64,000 nt of DNA from Candidatus Shapirobacteria bacterium (GCA_041665485.1 JBAYIT010000002.1:261867-325866); one strand, 5' to 3'. Shown: positions 1 to 9,838, counted from the stretch's first letter. The notes: a model not told the origin generated them from the sequence alone. A program made the numbers and translations.

Positions 1-542
1 ATCTTTACCTCCATTGAAAATCTCCAAACTCCATTAGCATAACTTAATGACTTCAATTCGGCTTGAGAAAAGTTGTCTAATTTACCACTGTTAATTTCCT
101 GCATTCTTTTTTCCACTGCATCCATTATCTCTCGGCTCTCAGCCAAACCTTCAATCTTTATCCCCGACCTTTCCATTAACTCTGATTTCTCTATCTTTAC
201 TCCGGAGGGCATTATTTCCTGGCGCATTAGCATTAAATACCGGCTATATTCAAATCTGTTTGCCAATACTCCGGCCACCACTTTTGCCTGATACTTTATC
301 TGTTGCGAAGTGTCAGCCCTGGCCGCCAACGGCACCAACCTAGTAGCTAGTCCCGCCATCTCCGCCTTAATTGACTTATTGATTCTCTCCGACACCAAAA
401 GCCAGCCTGTCACCGCCAACCCTAAAACCACGTAAACCATCCCCATCACTATCGATATTTTTTTTATTCTTTTTTTCCACCTCACCCTCGTCGCCTGAAA
501 TTTAGCACTACTGGGCAGTAAATTTAAACCAACTCTTTTCAT
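1..542 (-). CDS. pilN: Type IV pilus assembly protein PilN (partial; gene runs off the window start)
   Basis: Minus-strand ORF whose ATG (rc of 540-542) overlaps the pilM stop as ATGA. Translation is MKRVGLNLLPSSAKFQ...IVMGMVYVVLGLAVTGWLL..., with the PilN-type INLLP motif followed by a single TM helix. It is absent from the ORF track only because no stop codon falls inside the window. Confidence 0.55.
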   Translation of the reverse strand, partial: MKRVGLNLLPSSAKFQATRVRWKKRIKKISIVMGMVYVVLGLAVTGWLLVSERINKSIKAEMAGLATRLVPLAARADTSQQIKYQAKVVAGVLANRFEYSRYLMLMRQEIMPSGVKIEKSELMERSGIKIEGLAESREIMDAVEKRMQEINSGKLDNFSQAELKSLSYANGVWRFSMEVK

Positions 543-1570
543 TCCACCCCCCTCATTGCCAATCCCGCCGCCACTGTAAATCGGCAACCCTCACTGTCCA
601 AATCAAAGGGCACAGTTGCCACTCCTCGGTCAACTTTTAAAAATGGCTGTAACACCTGAACTTCTACTCCCAAAATTCTATTCAGTTCTTGCGACAAACC
701 CGGTAAATTCGCCCCGCCACCGCTCAAAATTAATAAGTTAATCATCCTATTCTCCTCCTCTCTAAAAAGCGCCATTGCCTTTCTTATTTCCTCCGCCATG
801 TTGGTAAAAACCGGCAAAATTGCGTTCTTAATTTTCCCTTCGAGCTCCGTTTCCCTCATCCCATAAACCTTTTTATATTCTTCCGCCGATGGCATATCCA
901 AACCCAAATTAACCGATATTGCCCGGGTTAATGATTCTCCTCCCACTGAAATCGATCTAGTGAAATAAACTTCGCCATCTTTTATTCCCACCATATCGGA
1001 ATATTTTTCCCCCATATCTATCACAATCGCGCTCTCTACCAAGTTGCCGACACTAAAATTAACTGCTCTCTTCATGGCAATCGCTGGCGATTCAATGGCT
1101 AGTAGATCGGTACCAATTATTTTAAACAGGTCAACGTATTTTTTAACTAAGTCATTTCGGGAGGCTATCACCAAAACCGCCATTTTTCCCGCCTCATCAG
1201 TCGACACTACTTCATAATCCATCGACACTTGATCCAAAGGGTAGGGGACAAAGGTTTCCGCCTCAAACTTCAAAGCATCCATTATCTCGGCCTCTTTTAG
1301 TGGTGGCAACCTCACCAATCGGCTAACAATTTTATCTTCCGGCAAACAGGTCACCGCCTGCCCGCCTTTAATTTTCATATCTGTCATTAGTTGTTTCACC
1401 ACTTCGGCCACTTCCCGCTTTGCCTTTTCGTCACTTGAGTCAGCCAGCCAGTCATTCCGTGGGCTTTTTACCTCTCCAATCGCCCCCAACACCACCTTCT
1501 CCTTTTCTTTAACCAAAGAGACTATTTTTACCGATCCCACACCAATATCTACCCCAAAAACTTGAGCCAT
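539..1570 (-). CDS. pilM: Type IV pilus assembly ATPase-like protein PilM (actin-like fold)
   Basis: 343 aa starting MAQVFGVDIGVGSVKIV, a typical PilM/FtsA-like N-terminus. It lies immediately upstream of the pilN-like ORF. Confidence 0.8.
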   Translation of the reverse strand: MAQVFGVDIGVGSVKIVSLVKEKEKVVLGAIGEVKSPRNDWLADSSDEKAKREVAEVVKQLMTDMKIKGGQAVTCLPEDKIVSRLVRLPPLKEAEIMDALKFEAETFVPYPLDQVSMDYEVVSTDEAGKMAVLVIASRNDLVKKYVDLFKIIGTDLLAIESPAIAMKRAVNFSVGNLVESAIVIDMGEKYSDMVGIKDGEVYFTRSISVGGESLTRAISVNLGLDMPSAEEYKKVYGMRETELEGKIKNAILPVFTNMAEEIRKAMALFREEENRMINLLILSGGGANLPGLSQELNRILGVEVQVLQPFLKVDRGVATVPFDLDSEGCRFTVAAGLAMRGVE

Positions 1571-1623
1571 AATTAAGTATCGAGCATTAAGTATTAACTA
1601 TCAAGTATCAAGTCTCTTATCTC

Positions 1624-1667
1624 TAATATCTAGGATCTAGGATCTAGGATCTAGGATCTAGGATCTA
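1624..1667. repeat. Heptamer tandem repeat (TAATATC)(TAGGATC)x4(TAATATC). The preceding ~50 nt (1571-1623) is built from related AAGTATC-like 7-mers.
   Basis: Direct reading of 1571-1667. Four perfect TAGGATC copies with degenerate flanking copies; each copy carries a GATC site. Confidence 0.9.
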
Positions 1668-2429
1668 ATATCCAATTCCTCCCATCGCCGACAAAGGCTC
1701 CAACATAAACGGCAAAATACTATACCGATCAAGTGTTCTCACCCGGCTTTTAACTGCTTCTCCTGTCAGATCTCCCGCCTGCCCCACCGCTGTTATTTGA
1801 TTGCCCTGTCCGGGAAAATTTACTGTTCCCCGTAAACTAAAATTAACCGAGGATAACCCCACCGGCGACACCGTCAACAACACCGGCACTCCCGTCAAAT
1901 TAACCGCCAGGCACCCGCCCGCCCCATCGAAATTAATCATTTCCCTTCTTACCTTAGAAACTCCACTTTCTCTATAGAAAAAATTAACGCTTGCTAGCCC
2001 GGTATAACTGCCAGCACAAACACTAACGCTACTCCCGCTGTAGTAGCCACTACTATAATTTAATTCTCCTCCCGCATCATGTCCGGCTAGCCAAAAATAT
2101 TGGTATTTACCGGGTAGAATTAGCTCATTAAAATCAAGTGTTGTTGAATTGCCAATCGTCTCAATCGTCACTTCCGCCCTACTTTTACCATCCGAGCTTC
2201 GATATTCTGTCTTTCCCAAAGAAGTCGTCGTCCCCGTTCCCAAAAAGTATTCAATTCCTGATTCGGCGGTATTAAACGCCTGTTTTTGCAATTCGTCATC
2301 AATATCGATCTTTGTTTCCAAAACAGTTTTTTTAGACAGCGACAACCCCAAAGTCGTAATTACCGCCGCCGCCAGCAATACCACCAGCGACACCTGCCCC
2401 TTATTTTTTGGAAATTGTGATTTTTTCAT
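1665..2429 (-). CDS. Hypothetical membrane-anchored protein in the pilM operon (N-terminal KGQVSLVVLLAAAVI hydrophobic segment; pseudopilin-like but lacking Glu+5)
   Basis: 254-aa ORF between the giant gene and pilM. It has an N-terminal TM/signal-like segment and no recognisable catalytic motifs. Confidence 0.5.
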   Translation of the reverse strand: MKKSQFPKNKGQVSLVVLLAAAVITTLGLSLSKKTVLETKIDIDDELQKQAFNTAESGIEYFLGTGTTTSLGKTEYRSSDGKSRAEVTIETIGNSTTLDFNELILPGKYQYFWLAGHDAGGELNYSSGYYSGSSVSVCAGSYTGLASVNFFYRESGVSKVRREMINFDGAGGCLAVNLTGVPVLLTVSPVGLSSVNFSLRGTVNFPGQGNQITAVGQAGDLTGEAVKSRVRTLDRYSILPFMLEPLSAMGGIGY

Positions 2430-2474
2430 TGGAACTTGTTTGGAAATTGGTTATTGGAAATTAGTAATTTTGCC

Positions 2475-5400
2475 TTAATTATAATTCCACCCCGACACTA
2501 TCCGTCCGATTATTGACGGCATACTAAACACAAAATCGGGTCGATATTTTATTGTCACTGCCGGGGCCTCGTTATTGTCTCCACTATCGCTAAACGATCG
2601 GTCGATTTTAATCTGGCTTGTCCCTCCGCTCGAATGTACTATCCCACTGATTGTCAAACCACTATCTAAATCTCCCCCAATATTAATATTTTTGTCGGCC
2701 ACAAAAACTCCTTCCGAATTTGTTACCTCCGATAAAAATGTCAAATCTCCACTACTTACCACCATTAAAAATTTATCTTGATTGACCGTATTATTTACAT
2801 CGATCGTCATGTTTCCGTCAACCAGAACTATTCCCGTTCCTCCAATTCCGGCTATCACCGAGCTCAAACTTGTTCCTGCCCCCACCACTTTAATTGAATT
2901 TAACTTTCCCACTAGACTTTGAGAGAAATAAGCATGATTATAAATACTCGATCCCATTAAGTTCCCACTTGGTCCTTTCCAAGACCAATTGTTGGGACTG
3001 CCAAAAAAAGCATTGTCGCCAGCCAACCCCTTGTTAATATCTATCGCTGTTACCAAGCCATTATCATTGGCCCCCGTCGCGCTTTCCACCGTCATTGCTG
3101 GCTTACAAGCGCTCGCCGATGCGCAAGTCATCGGAATTCGATTATTAATTGCACTACTCGCTCTAATTCCTCCTCCTACCACTTGATACCAAGCATCCTG
3201 GGTCAACACCACCGAAAAATCTACATCCAAATTTTGGCTAACCGCGTAAGCATCCAGGAAACCTGGAGTCAATACTAATCTAAAGTCCCCATTTACACAC
3301 ATCTGCGGTGACAAACGATTAACTCCGCTATAAATAAAAACTTCATATGTCCTGGCCCAATTAAGTTTTTCTCCGGCCGAGTCAGAGTAGTTTGGCGCCG
3401 ATACTGTCATTGTTTTATTACCATATCTTAGGCTGTAATCAATTGTCGACAAAGTATTAAATCCATTCCCATTGGCGCAGTTTGGTGTCCCAAAAGGAGC
3501 GTCCGACCCGTCATACAAACTCCCGGACACATTCACCTCGCAATTCCACACTTTAAAATCCCTATTAGTGTCCGTATTACTATTGGTTAGCCCCGATTTG
3601 TCAGTAATTGTCACCGATAGGGGATAGGTGCCAGTCCCATTATCGCTACCAGCAAAGTCCACTTCAGCCCGGGCAACTGCCCCGGCCAAAGTCATATTGT
3701 AATTTTTCCCGTTCCACCCCAACACCACCGAAGCAATATCCGCCAAACCATTACTGTCACTCACCCCTGCTTCAAATATCACTCTTCTCGGTATGTCTGA
3801 ATCCTGAAAAACTAACTCACAAATATGGTTTCGTCCGTCGCCAGTTGTTGCCACTGTTGCATCAGAATTCTTAATTGTAAACGACACCAGTTCTGGCGCA
3901 TTAGCCACCGGCGCCACCGGATGAGTTATCACAAAATAACGTGGCAAAGACCAAGCTGTTTCAACGCTACAGGTTTTGTTTTGTGCCGCTACTTGCCAGT
4001 AATAAACCACGTTATCAGAGAAAATCGAGCTGTTCACCACATACTGATTAGTCGCTATCCCCGCCAAAGTCATTTCTGTCACCATCACTCCCTCCCGATA
4101 AACAGCAAAGTAATAGCCATCAGTTAAAGCGTCAGTATTAGCGTTCCATCTAAAAGTTATTGTTGTTGCCGGATTAACAATTGTTTCCGGATCGCCCGAC
4201 GTTGTCCCCGAAGATACGGTTGTTGGTGTTGGCGGAATCCCTGCATCAGTGTTAGCGCAAAAATCACCACAGCCATTTTCCTGTCCGCAATAAGGAGCGT
4301 TACAAACACAGCTACAGCCACCGCAGTTATCACAACTAATTACCTTATTTGCCGTTGCCGACCAGCTTGAATCTTTACTGAAATTGTCCGTCGCTTTAAC
4401 CCGGCCGTAAACCGTTCCTTCACTCATCAAATTAGTGTAACTTTGCGAAGTTGCTGTTGTCACCGACTGCTGTAAACTTGTCCCCGAAAAATCGACAGTA
4501 TTGGCTGTATCTATCTGATAATTCTTCACCCCGGCGCAACCATTGTCAGACACTACCCCCCAGCTACCAGTTACATTAAATCTCCTCACCCCACCTACTA
4601 GTCCGTAATAAGAACAAGATAGTGCCAGCGACGGTGTCATTGGCCCCAGCGAGTCTGATTTCACCCACACTGGTGTAAACCCACTTCCAGTAGTTGATCC
4701 ATTTTTATATCTCGCCGTCACCGACACACAAGCATTTTGAGCCAAGCTCATCGGAACAGTGTAACTATCCACTTTTCCCGCCTTAATTACCGGGTCAGCT
4801 ATATCACTATTGGTAACATAAGTTTCTCTAATAGCGCACGCCCCAGCCACATCAACCCCCGTCCAATTCCAAGTCGGCGTCCCCGCCGACACGCAAGTAG
4901 CACTACTCCCGCCACAACTTGTTGTTCCGTTTGTACTTACCCCACTAATACTGCCAAACACTGGTGTCGAAGGTGGGGCACAATAGGTTGCCATCCCTCC
5001 GCAAATATCACTATCTACTGGCAAATTGGTGTTCCGATATTGAACACACATTTTCTTATCGCCATAAGTTGCTGAAACAGACTTGCTTTTTACTGCCACC
5101 ACTGGCTCCCAATCCTCCTGCCAGCGGGAATCATCAGCACTAATCCCAGCGCAACTTTCACTACTCCCCGGCTGCAAAAATCTCACCTGATTTACTCCCG
5201 TGTCATAGGCCAAGTTTATGCTAGCCGCCGGCGAACTCAAATAACAAGCACTATTTCTTGGGCTTGCGCTCCACTGGCTATAATTACAACCATTAAAATT
5301 GGCATCATTCCAGTCAACACACCTCGGCTTGGCGTAATACTGCGTCATCGCTCCGCATTTAGCCTTATCTTCGTTACTATTTTTGTATTCCACACACAAT

Positions 5401-8045
5401 TTCTTTTCCCCATACCCGCCAAGCGACAAGGTCCGGTTAACCGTTGCTGTCACCGGATTCCAAGTCGTCCAACCTGTCTGACTATCAGAAACCGAAGCGC
5501 AATCCCCACTGGCAATTTCTATAAATCGGTAGCTAGTCACTCCGGCGCTCCAACTTAAATTCACCGGCACGGTTGTCGAGGTAGTAAAACAAGCCGTATT
5601 TCTCGGGCTACTGTTCCACATCGCCCAACTACAATTATTAATTTTTATGTTTCCCCAGCTATCACACACCGGCAGGGCCACATAATACTCTGTCATCGCT
5701 CCGCATGGCAAGCTATTTCCATAGGTATTTTTGTATTGAGCACACAACTTTTTCTCCCCATATCCCGAACTCAAGACTTTATTTTTTGTTGCTGCCACCG
5801 TCTCCCAAGCCGACCACCGACTATCCTCCGAATCACCATCAACAATCACCGGAAAGCCGTCCACTGCACTACAGTTTTCGGCACCTCCTACTTCTGCAAA
5901 CCGAACATGAGTTGCCCCCAAATCCCAACTCAAATTTACCGGCACGGTGGTTGAAGCTGTCAAACAAGAAGCGTTCCTCGGACTAGAGTTATACATCGCA
6001 CTATCGCAGTTATTAATCTTCACACTGCTCCAACTATTACAACTCGGTGGACCTTCCACCAATTCATAACTCAACTCTGTTTCTACGTTGTATTGATTAG
6101 AAAAAACCACTTTGTGTGTCCCCAAGCTACTCGTCCCATTCCACATATTACTCGTCCCAGCCAAACAGGTGAAATTCCAGGTATAACTTCCACTTTTTGT
6201 TACCGTACAACCGTGTAAAAGTACATCTGCATTCTGTTGTATGGTTCCTCCGTCTTCTCTCCACACAATATTATTGTCATCATAATAGCTGGCATTACTT
6301 TCTCCACCCCGCGTCGTATCATGCAACCTCACTTTCGCCGGTACCCCATCTGCTCCGGCAACAGTCACCGTAAAACTCACACTCCCTCCCGGTAAAACTT
6401 TTGGTGTGTTCATCACTCCACTTGCCCTTCCTGGGTCAAAACAATTGGTTACAATATTCCCCACCTCCGTCCCTTTCACATAAGCCTGGGCGCAAACTTT
6501 CCCTCCACTGTATTTCCAATCTGCCCCCCAAGGCGCGCTTTGCGCCGGCTCACCATCTTCACCCGTACACATCACTCCTGAAACAGTACAACTTTCAGCA
6601 TATCCGCGGGGAGTGTACAAACTACTTGTAGAAGGGCCAATCTTAATCTGTGTTTCCAAATTACAACAACCGCTTGGATCAGCATCTCTCGCCGCCTCTG
6701 GGTTAGGTGAATAGCCAAATTTTGATGGAATATCCGCCACCCTAACATCAAACCTGTCAGAGTTACTTCTATTTGTCCTAATATTAGGGTTAATAACAAT
6801 TGTTGATCTGCTCGGGTAATCAACTGGGTTGCATGGGGCAAACGTTGGTAACTTTCCACAACAATACTGCGTTCCATTTCTTTCGCAATAATTATCACCA
6901 TCACTACTTTCACTACAATTTTGTCCGTCCAAACCTTTTCCCGAAGGGCACCATTCATGTTGTCCGGGAGCGTCTCCACACTGGCTATCCAAAAAACAAT
7001 CAGTGTTTCTGGCCGGGGCACAAGCCGGCGGGCCACAATCAACAGTACACGCATTATAACGACAACATTCTCCAGATGGACACTGAGAATCAGACGTACA
7101 TCCCGGTGGCACCGGTGTATTCGTCGCTATCGGCGCCACTCCTCCGCATGTCCCTCCACATCCATCACTCCCTCCATCCGCCACCCCAACGCAGTCAGGA
7201 GTACAAGTCCAACTACAATCTCTAATCGGGCAAGACGCCGAAGAACAGTGAGACATTTGGCAATCCTCCCGATTTGTAAATCCGCAAGATATCGCCCCCG
7301 ACCCTGCCCCCGCTACACAGTCTCGGGTACAAGTACCCAAGTCACCTAACCCACATGGTGCAGAAACATTGTCACAAGTCCCACCACCAGGAGTACAACT
7401 ATAAACATAACTTCCACACTCATATGTTCCCCAGCAAGTTCCTGCAGCCATCGCTGGTCTAACCAGTTTCCAGCCAACCTTCGACTTACGAACCAGGCGA
7501 ATAAATTGGCTCTCCCTGGAATATTTACCGGCAACCTGGTTACATCGGGTGTCATCGTCAAATCTGTCGTTATATCTCGACTGAAAACAAATCATTTTTA
7601 ACACGCCAAATGTCGTTCTCCGCCAAATGTACGGTATATTGTTTCGATCCGTCAACTCCACCAATGTCTCCGGTGAATAATAAATTCTGGCCTGATTAGT
7701 CAAAATTCTATTTTGATATCTAAAGCCAAAGGCTTGAAATGGCGGTTTATTAACATTCGAAAACAATTTATAATCATTTTCGACCTTACCACTCAGCACT
7801 ATCTCTAGTCGCAATGGCCAAACAATCTTTGGCCTACTAATTTGCTCTCGCACCCCACCACCCCAATAATTAATCTCTCCCAAAAAAGCATTAAATTGTC
7901 TCCAATCAATTATTTGTAATTCATATTCCTGTACTTCCGAAACCAGCTTCACTCGTGTTAACGTCACATAGCCAATAACCACCAACAAAAATACTAACAA
8001 CAAAACCAATAACTTCTTCACACACTCATAATAACAAAAAATCAA
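2475..8045 (-). CDS. Giant (1856 aa) cysteine-rich repeat-containing cell-surface protein, N-terminal TM anchor; putative T4P-associated adhesin
   Basis: Single uninterrupted ORF. TTG start directly after the TAG stop of the upstream lipoprotein gene. Residues 11-30 form a hydrophobic helix. Residues ~195-410 carry about 40 Cys. Three tandem ~115-125 aa repeats (motifs NNCSWAMWNSSPRN and GYGEKKLCxxYKNT). Gly/Ser/Thr-rich C-terminal beta-like region. Confidence 0.7.
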   Translation of the reverse strand: MIFCYYECVKKLLVLLLVFLLVVIGYVTLTRVKLVSEVQEYELQIIDWRQFNAFLGEINYWGGGVREQISRPKIVWPLRLEIVLSGKVENDYKLFSNVNKPPFQAFGFRYQNRILTNQARIYYSPETLVELTDRNNIPYIWRRTTFGVLKMICFQSRYNDRFDDDTRCNQVAGKYSRESQFIRLVRKSKVGWKLVRPAMAAGTCWGTYECGSYVYSCTPGGGTCDNVSAPCGLGDLGTCTRDCVAGAGSGAISCGFTNREDCQMSHCSSASCPIRDCSWTCTPDCVGVADGGSDGCGGTCGGVAPIATNTPVPPGCTSDSQCPSGECCRYNACTVDCGPPACAPARNTDCFLDSQCGDAPGQHEWCPSGKGLDGQNCSESSDGDNYCERNGTQYCCGKLPTFAPCNPVDYPSRSTIVINPNIRTNRSNSDRFDVRVADIPSKFGYSPNPEAARDADPSGCCNLETQIKIGPSTSSLYTPRGYAESCTVSGVMCTGEDGEPAQSAPWGADWKYSGGKVCAQAYVKGTEVGNIVTNCFDPGRASGVMNTPKVLPGGSVSFTVTVAGADGVPAKVRLHDTTRGGESNASYYDDNNIVWREDGGTIQQNADVLLHGCTVTKSGSYTWNFTCLAGTSNMWNGTSSLGTHKVVFSNQYNVETELSYELVEGPPSCNSWSSVKINNCDSAMYNSSPRNASCLTASTTVPVNLSWDLGATHVRFAEVGGAENCSAVDGFPVIVDGDSEDSRWSAWETVAATKNKVLSSGYGEKKLCAQYKNTYGNSLPCGAMTEYYVALPVCDSWGNIKINNCSWAMWNSSPRNTACFTTSTTVPVNLSWSAGVTSYRFIEIASGDCASVSDSQTGWTTWNPVTATVNRTLSLGGYGEKKLCVEYKNSNEDKAKCGAMTQYYAKPRCVDWNDANFNGCNYSQWSASPRNSACYLSSPAASINLAYDTGVNQVRFLQPGSSESCAGISADDSRWQEDWEPVVAVKSKSVSATYGDKKMCVQYRNTNLPVDSDICGGMATYCAPPSTPVFGSISGVSTNGTTSCGGSSATCVSAGTPTWNWTGVDVAGACAIRETYVTNSDIADPVIKAGKVDSYTVPMSLAQNACVSVTARYKNGSTTGSGFTPVWVKSDSLGPMTPSLALSCSYYGLVGGVRRFNVTGSWGVVSDNGCAGVKNYQIDTANTVDFSGTSLQQSVTTATSQSYTNLMSEGTVYGRVKATDNFSKDSSWSATANKVISCDNCGGCSCVCNAPYCGQENGCGDFCANTDAGIPPTPTTVSSGTTSGDPETIVNPATTITFRWNANTDALTDGYYFAVYREGVMVTEMTLAGIATNQYVVNSSIFSDNVVYYWQVAAQNKTCSVETAWSLPRYFVITHPVAPVANAPELVSFTIKNSDATVATTGDGRNHICELVFQDSDIPRRVIFEAGVSDSNGLADIASVVLGWNGKNYNMTLAGAVARAEVDFAGSDNGTGTYPLSVTITDKSGLTNSNTDTNRDFKVWNCEVNVSGSLYDGSDAPFGTPNCANGNGFNTLSTIDYSLRYGNKTMTVSAPNYSDSAGEKLNWARTYEVFIYSGVNRLSPQMCVNGDFRLVLTPGFLDAYAVSQNLDVDFSVVLTQDAWYQVVGGGIRASSAINNRIPMTCASASACKPAMTVESATGANDNGLVTAIDINKGLAGDNAFFGSPNNWSWKGPSGNLMGSSIYNHAYFSQSLVGKLNSIKVVGAGTSLSSVIAGIGGTGIVLVDGNMTIDVNNTVNQDKFLMVVSSGDLTFLSEVTNSEGVFVADKNINIGGDLDSGLTISGIVHSSGGTSQIKIDRSFSDSGDNNEAPAVTIKYRPDFVFSMPSIIGRIVSGWNYN
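4982..6041 (-). repeat. Three tandem coding repeats (~345-375 nt each) inside the giant protein gene (aa ~669-1022)
   Basis: The protein segments CNSWSSVKINNCDSAMYNSSPRNASC..., CDSWGNIKINNCSWAMWNSSPRNTACF... and CVDWNDANFNGCNYSQWSASPRNSACY... each end with a GYGEKKLC/YGDKKMC...YKNT/YRNT motif. Confidence 0.85.
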
Positions 8046-9755
8046 CTACCTAACTATCTTCAAAAGAGTTTTCATTGTCTCTAGAGACTCCATTTTCCCA
8101 TCCCACACCTTAGAGCTAATTTCTCTCAAAATACGTGTCGGTTCGCCAGAATTATCAACAGCCAAAACATCACCTCTTCCACTCAGGACGTTACCATCAT
8201 TATTAGTGGCAGACAACAGTAAGTGACCAACACGACTAGAAAGCTGCATATCGACCGCAGCACTAGCAACACGCTCCGGAACCTTATAGTCTTTTTGAAC
8301 AGAAACTTCTGTATCAAAAAACTGGCCAACAATAAGCAACTTTCCCCCAACCAAAACTAAATTAATATTGCTCTGTGTCGACAAATTAAGTGGTAAAGTT
8401 GGATATCCGCCTTCCACTGTCGCTATGTCAAAGACTACTCCTACATCCACTGTCGGCTTTCCATTCTTAACTTCTAATTTCCAATCACGAATTTGTCTGT
8501 CCTGGTTTTTATTGGGACTATCGACGCCACCATCAACTGCCGGAATCTTAAGAACCACCTCTCCTTTTTTCACCATCCCCACCCATTGATTATAAGTAAC
8601 ACTAGCTCGGCCGGTTACATCATCGCTCACCCACGACCGCCAAACCATTTTTAATGCCATCGCCACATGTTCTTTGGCTGCATCCTCTCTAGCCACCACA
8701 ATCCCTTTATAATCCCGCTCTGCCTCAAATCTATCAGTGTAACCAACCGATAAATTTACCTGTATTCCATCCACCTCCGCACTCAATGGCAGTTCAAAGG
8801 CTATCGGGTATAAAGCCATCTTTTGGCTTTCTACCTCTTTGTTTACCGCCGTTGGCGCCGCGTCGACTTTAGCTGGAGTAGGGGAGGCGGGTGGAGTCGG
8901 AGCAGAAGTTGGAGGAACCTGGGCGGTAGCCACCTGTGCCAACGCCACCTGTTCCCAATCTCTATCCAACGAGTCAAATCTCCAACTAATCTTTCCATCA
9001 ACCGAAACAATTGAGAGATTACCCAAAGAGTCAACCATCACTTTCTCTCCAGGCTTGAATTCTCTCCATCCCGCTAAAATTGGAGCTACTGCGTTTCCCT
9101 TTCCATCCCATGCTTGAACCATAGGACCATCGGCTCCTGTTGAAAATACTGCTACAGAAATGGCATAAGCTTCAGAGTCAACGTCTGTTGGTAACAAGTA
9201 TTCCTTCCCATCAGAACTCTTATATCTAGCCAAACCCCCACTACCCGTATGTTCTACAAAAGTGTATGTCTGTCCACCAAAAGAAAGACTATTCGGAGCG
9301 TCAAGTATTCTTGCACTTGTTCCGCCATCATAAAGCCTAGTTGAACCTTCACCGGTTCCCAGTGTCGCCAAAGTTCTCCCTTCTCCAAAATTAGTTGTTT
9401 GACCAATTTGGTCAGTACTCAAAGATGCAGACGCCACCCCCTCTGCTCCAATTGCTAACCTTTTTACATTGTGATCCAAAATTACTGGCCTGGTTGCCTT
9501 CTCCTTAACTGGTGTGTTCGCCACATAAGGAGCACTTATCGGTTTAACTTCTGTTGGTACTCCATTCGGTTCTCCTCTTGTCGGGCTTGGTGCTCCAGTC
9601 GCCGGTGGAGTTGTCGGTTCAAGAGACTTCACCGCCTCTTGCCCACCAGCACAACCACCAGTAAGATATGTCGTGGCCACAAAACCCAAGGCCCCTAAAC
9701 CCCTCTTCAAAACATTACCAAAAGATATCTCTGGACTCTTATTCATCCTATTCAT
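8046..9755 (-). CDS. Lipoprotein (lipobox LTGGC), two domains separated by Pro/Thr-rich linkers; translationally coupled to the giant protein gene
   Basis: N-terminus MNRMNKSPEISFGNVLKRGLGALGFVATTYLTGGC. PT-rich linkers (TTPPATGAPSPT, PPTSAPTPPASPTPA). Its stop codon TAG at 8046-8048 abuts the TTG start of the giant gene. Confidence 0.7.
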   Translation of the reverse strand: MNRMNKSPEISFGNVLKRGLGALGFVATTYLTGGCAGGQEAVKSLEPTTPPATGAPSPTRGEPNGVPTEVKPISAPYVANTPVKEKATRPVILDHNVKRLAIGAEGVASASLSTDQIGQTTNFGEGRTLATLGTGEGSTRLYDGGTSARILDAPNSLSFGGQTYTFVEHTGSGGLARYKSSDGKEYLLPTDVDSEAYAISVAVFSTGADGPMVQAWDGKGNAVAPILAGWREFKPGEKVMVDSLGNLSIVSVDGKISWRFDSLDRDWEQVALAQVATAQVPPTSAPTPPASPTPAKVDAAPTAVNKEVESQKMALYPIAFELPLSAEVDGIQVNLSVGYTDRFEAERDYKGIVVAREDAAKEHVAMALKMVWRSWVSDDVTGRASVTYNQWVGMVKKGEVVLKIPAVDGGVDSPNKNQDRQIRDWKLEVKNGKPTVDVGVVFDIATVEGGYPTLPLNLSTQSNINLVLVGGKLLIVGQFFDTEVSVQKDYKVPERVASAAVDMQLSSRVGHLLLSATNNDGNVLSGRGDVLAVDNSGEPTRILREISSKVWDGKMESLETMKTLLKIVR

Positions 9756-9776
9756 ATCCTATAATCTAACATCCAA

Positions 9777-9804
9777 ATTATACCCCATTTTCCCCCCAAA
9801 TCAA
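9777..9804 (-). promoter_or_regulatory. Near-consensus sigma70-type promoter (TTGATT-16nt-TATAAT) for the lipoprotein/giant-protein/pilMN operon
   Basis: Minus strand: -35 TTGATT (rc of 9799-9804), a 16-nt spacer, then -10 TATAAT (rc of 9777-9782). The ATG at 9755 lies about 15 nt downstream of the predicted TSS. Confidence 0.6.
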
Positions 9805-9838
9805 GCAGGAAAATATGTACATACCAACTGTGTATACC
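9790..9838 (-). promoter_or_regulatory. Copy 1 of a conserved ~49-nt intergenic element (minus-strand reading ATACACAGTnnnTATGTACATATTTTCCTGCTTGATTTGGGGG) containing the palindrome TATGTACATA and the -35 hexamer
   Basis: Nearly identical to 12740-12788. The palindrome sits immediately upstream of the -35. Confidence 0.6.

Noticed and set aside
3608-7349. Plus-strand ORFs inside the giant gene (His/Pro/Arg-rich, e.g. 5705-5986, 6921-7349)
   Set aside because: They are antisense to a long, well-supported ORF and have low-complexity compositions typical of the reverse strand of Cys/Gly/Thr-rich coding sequence.
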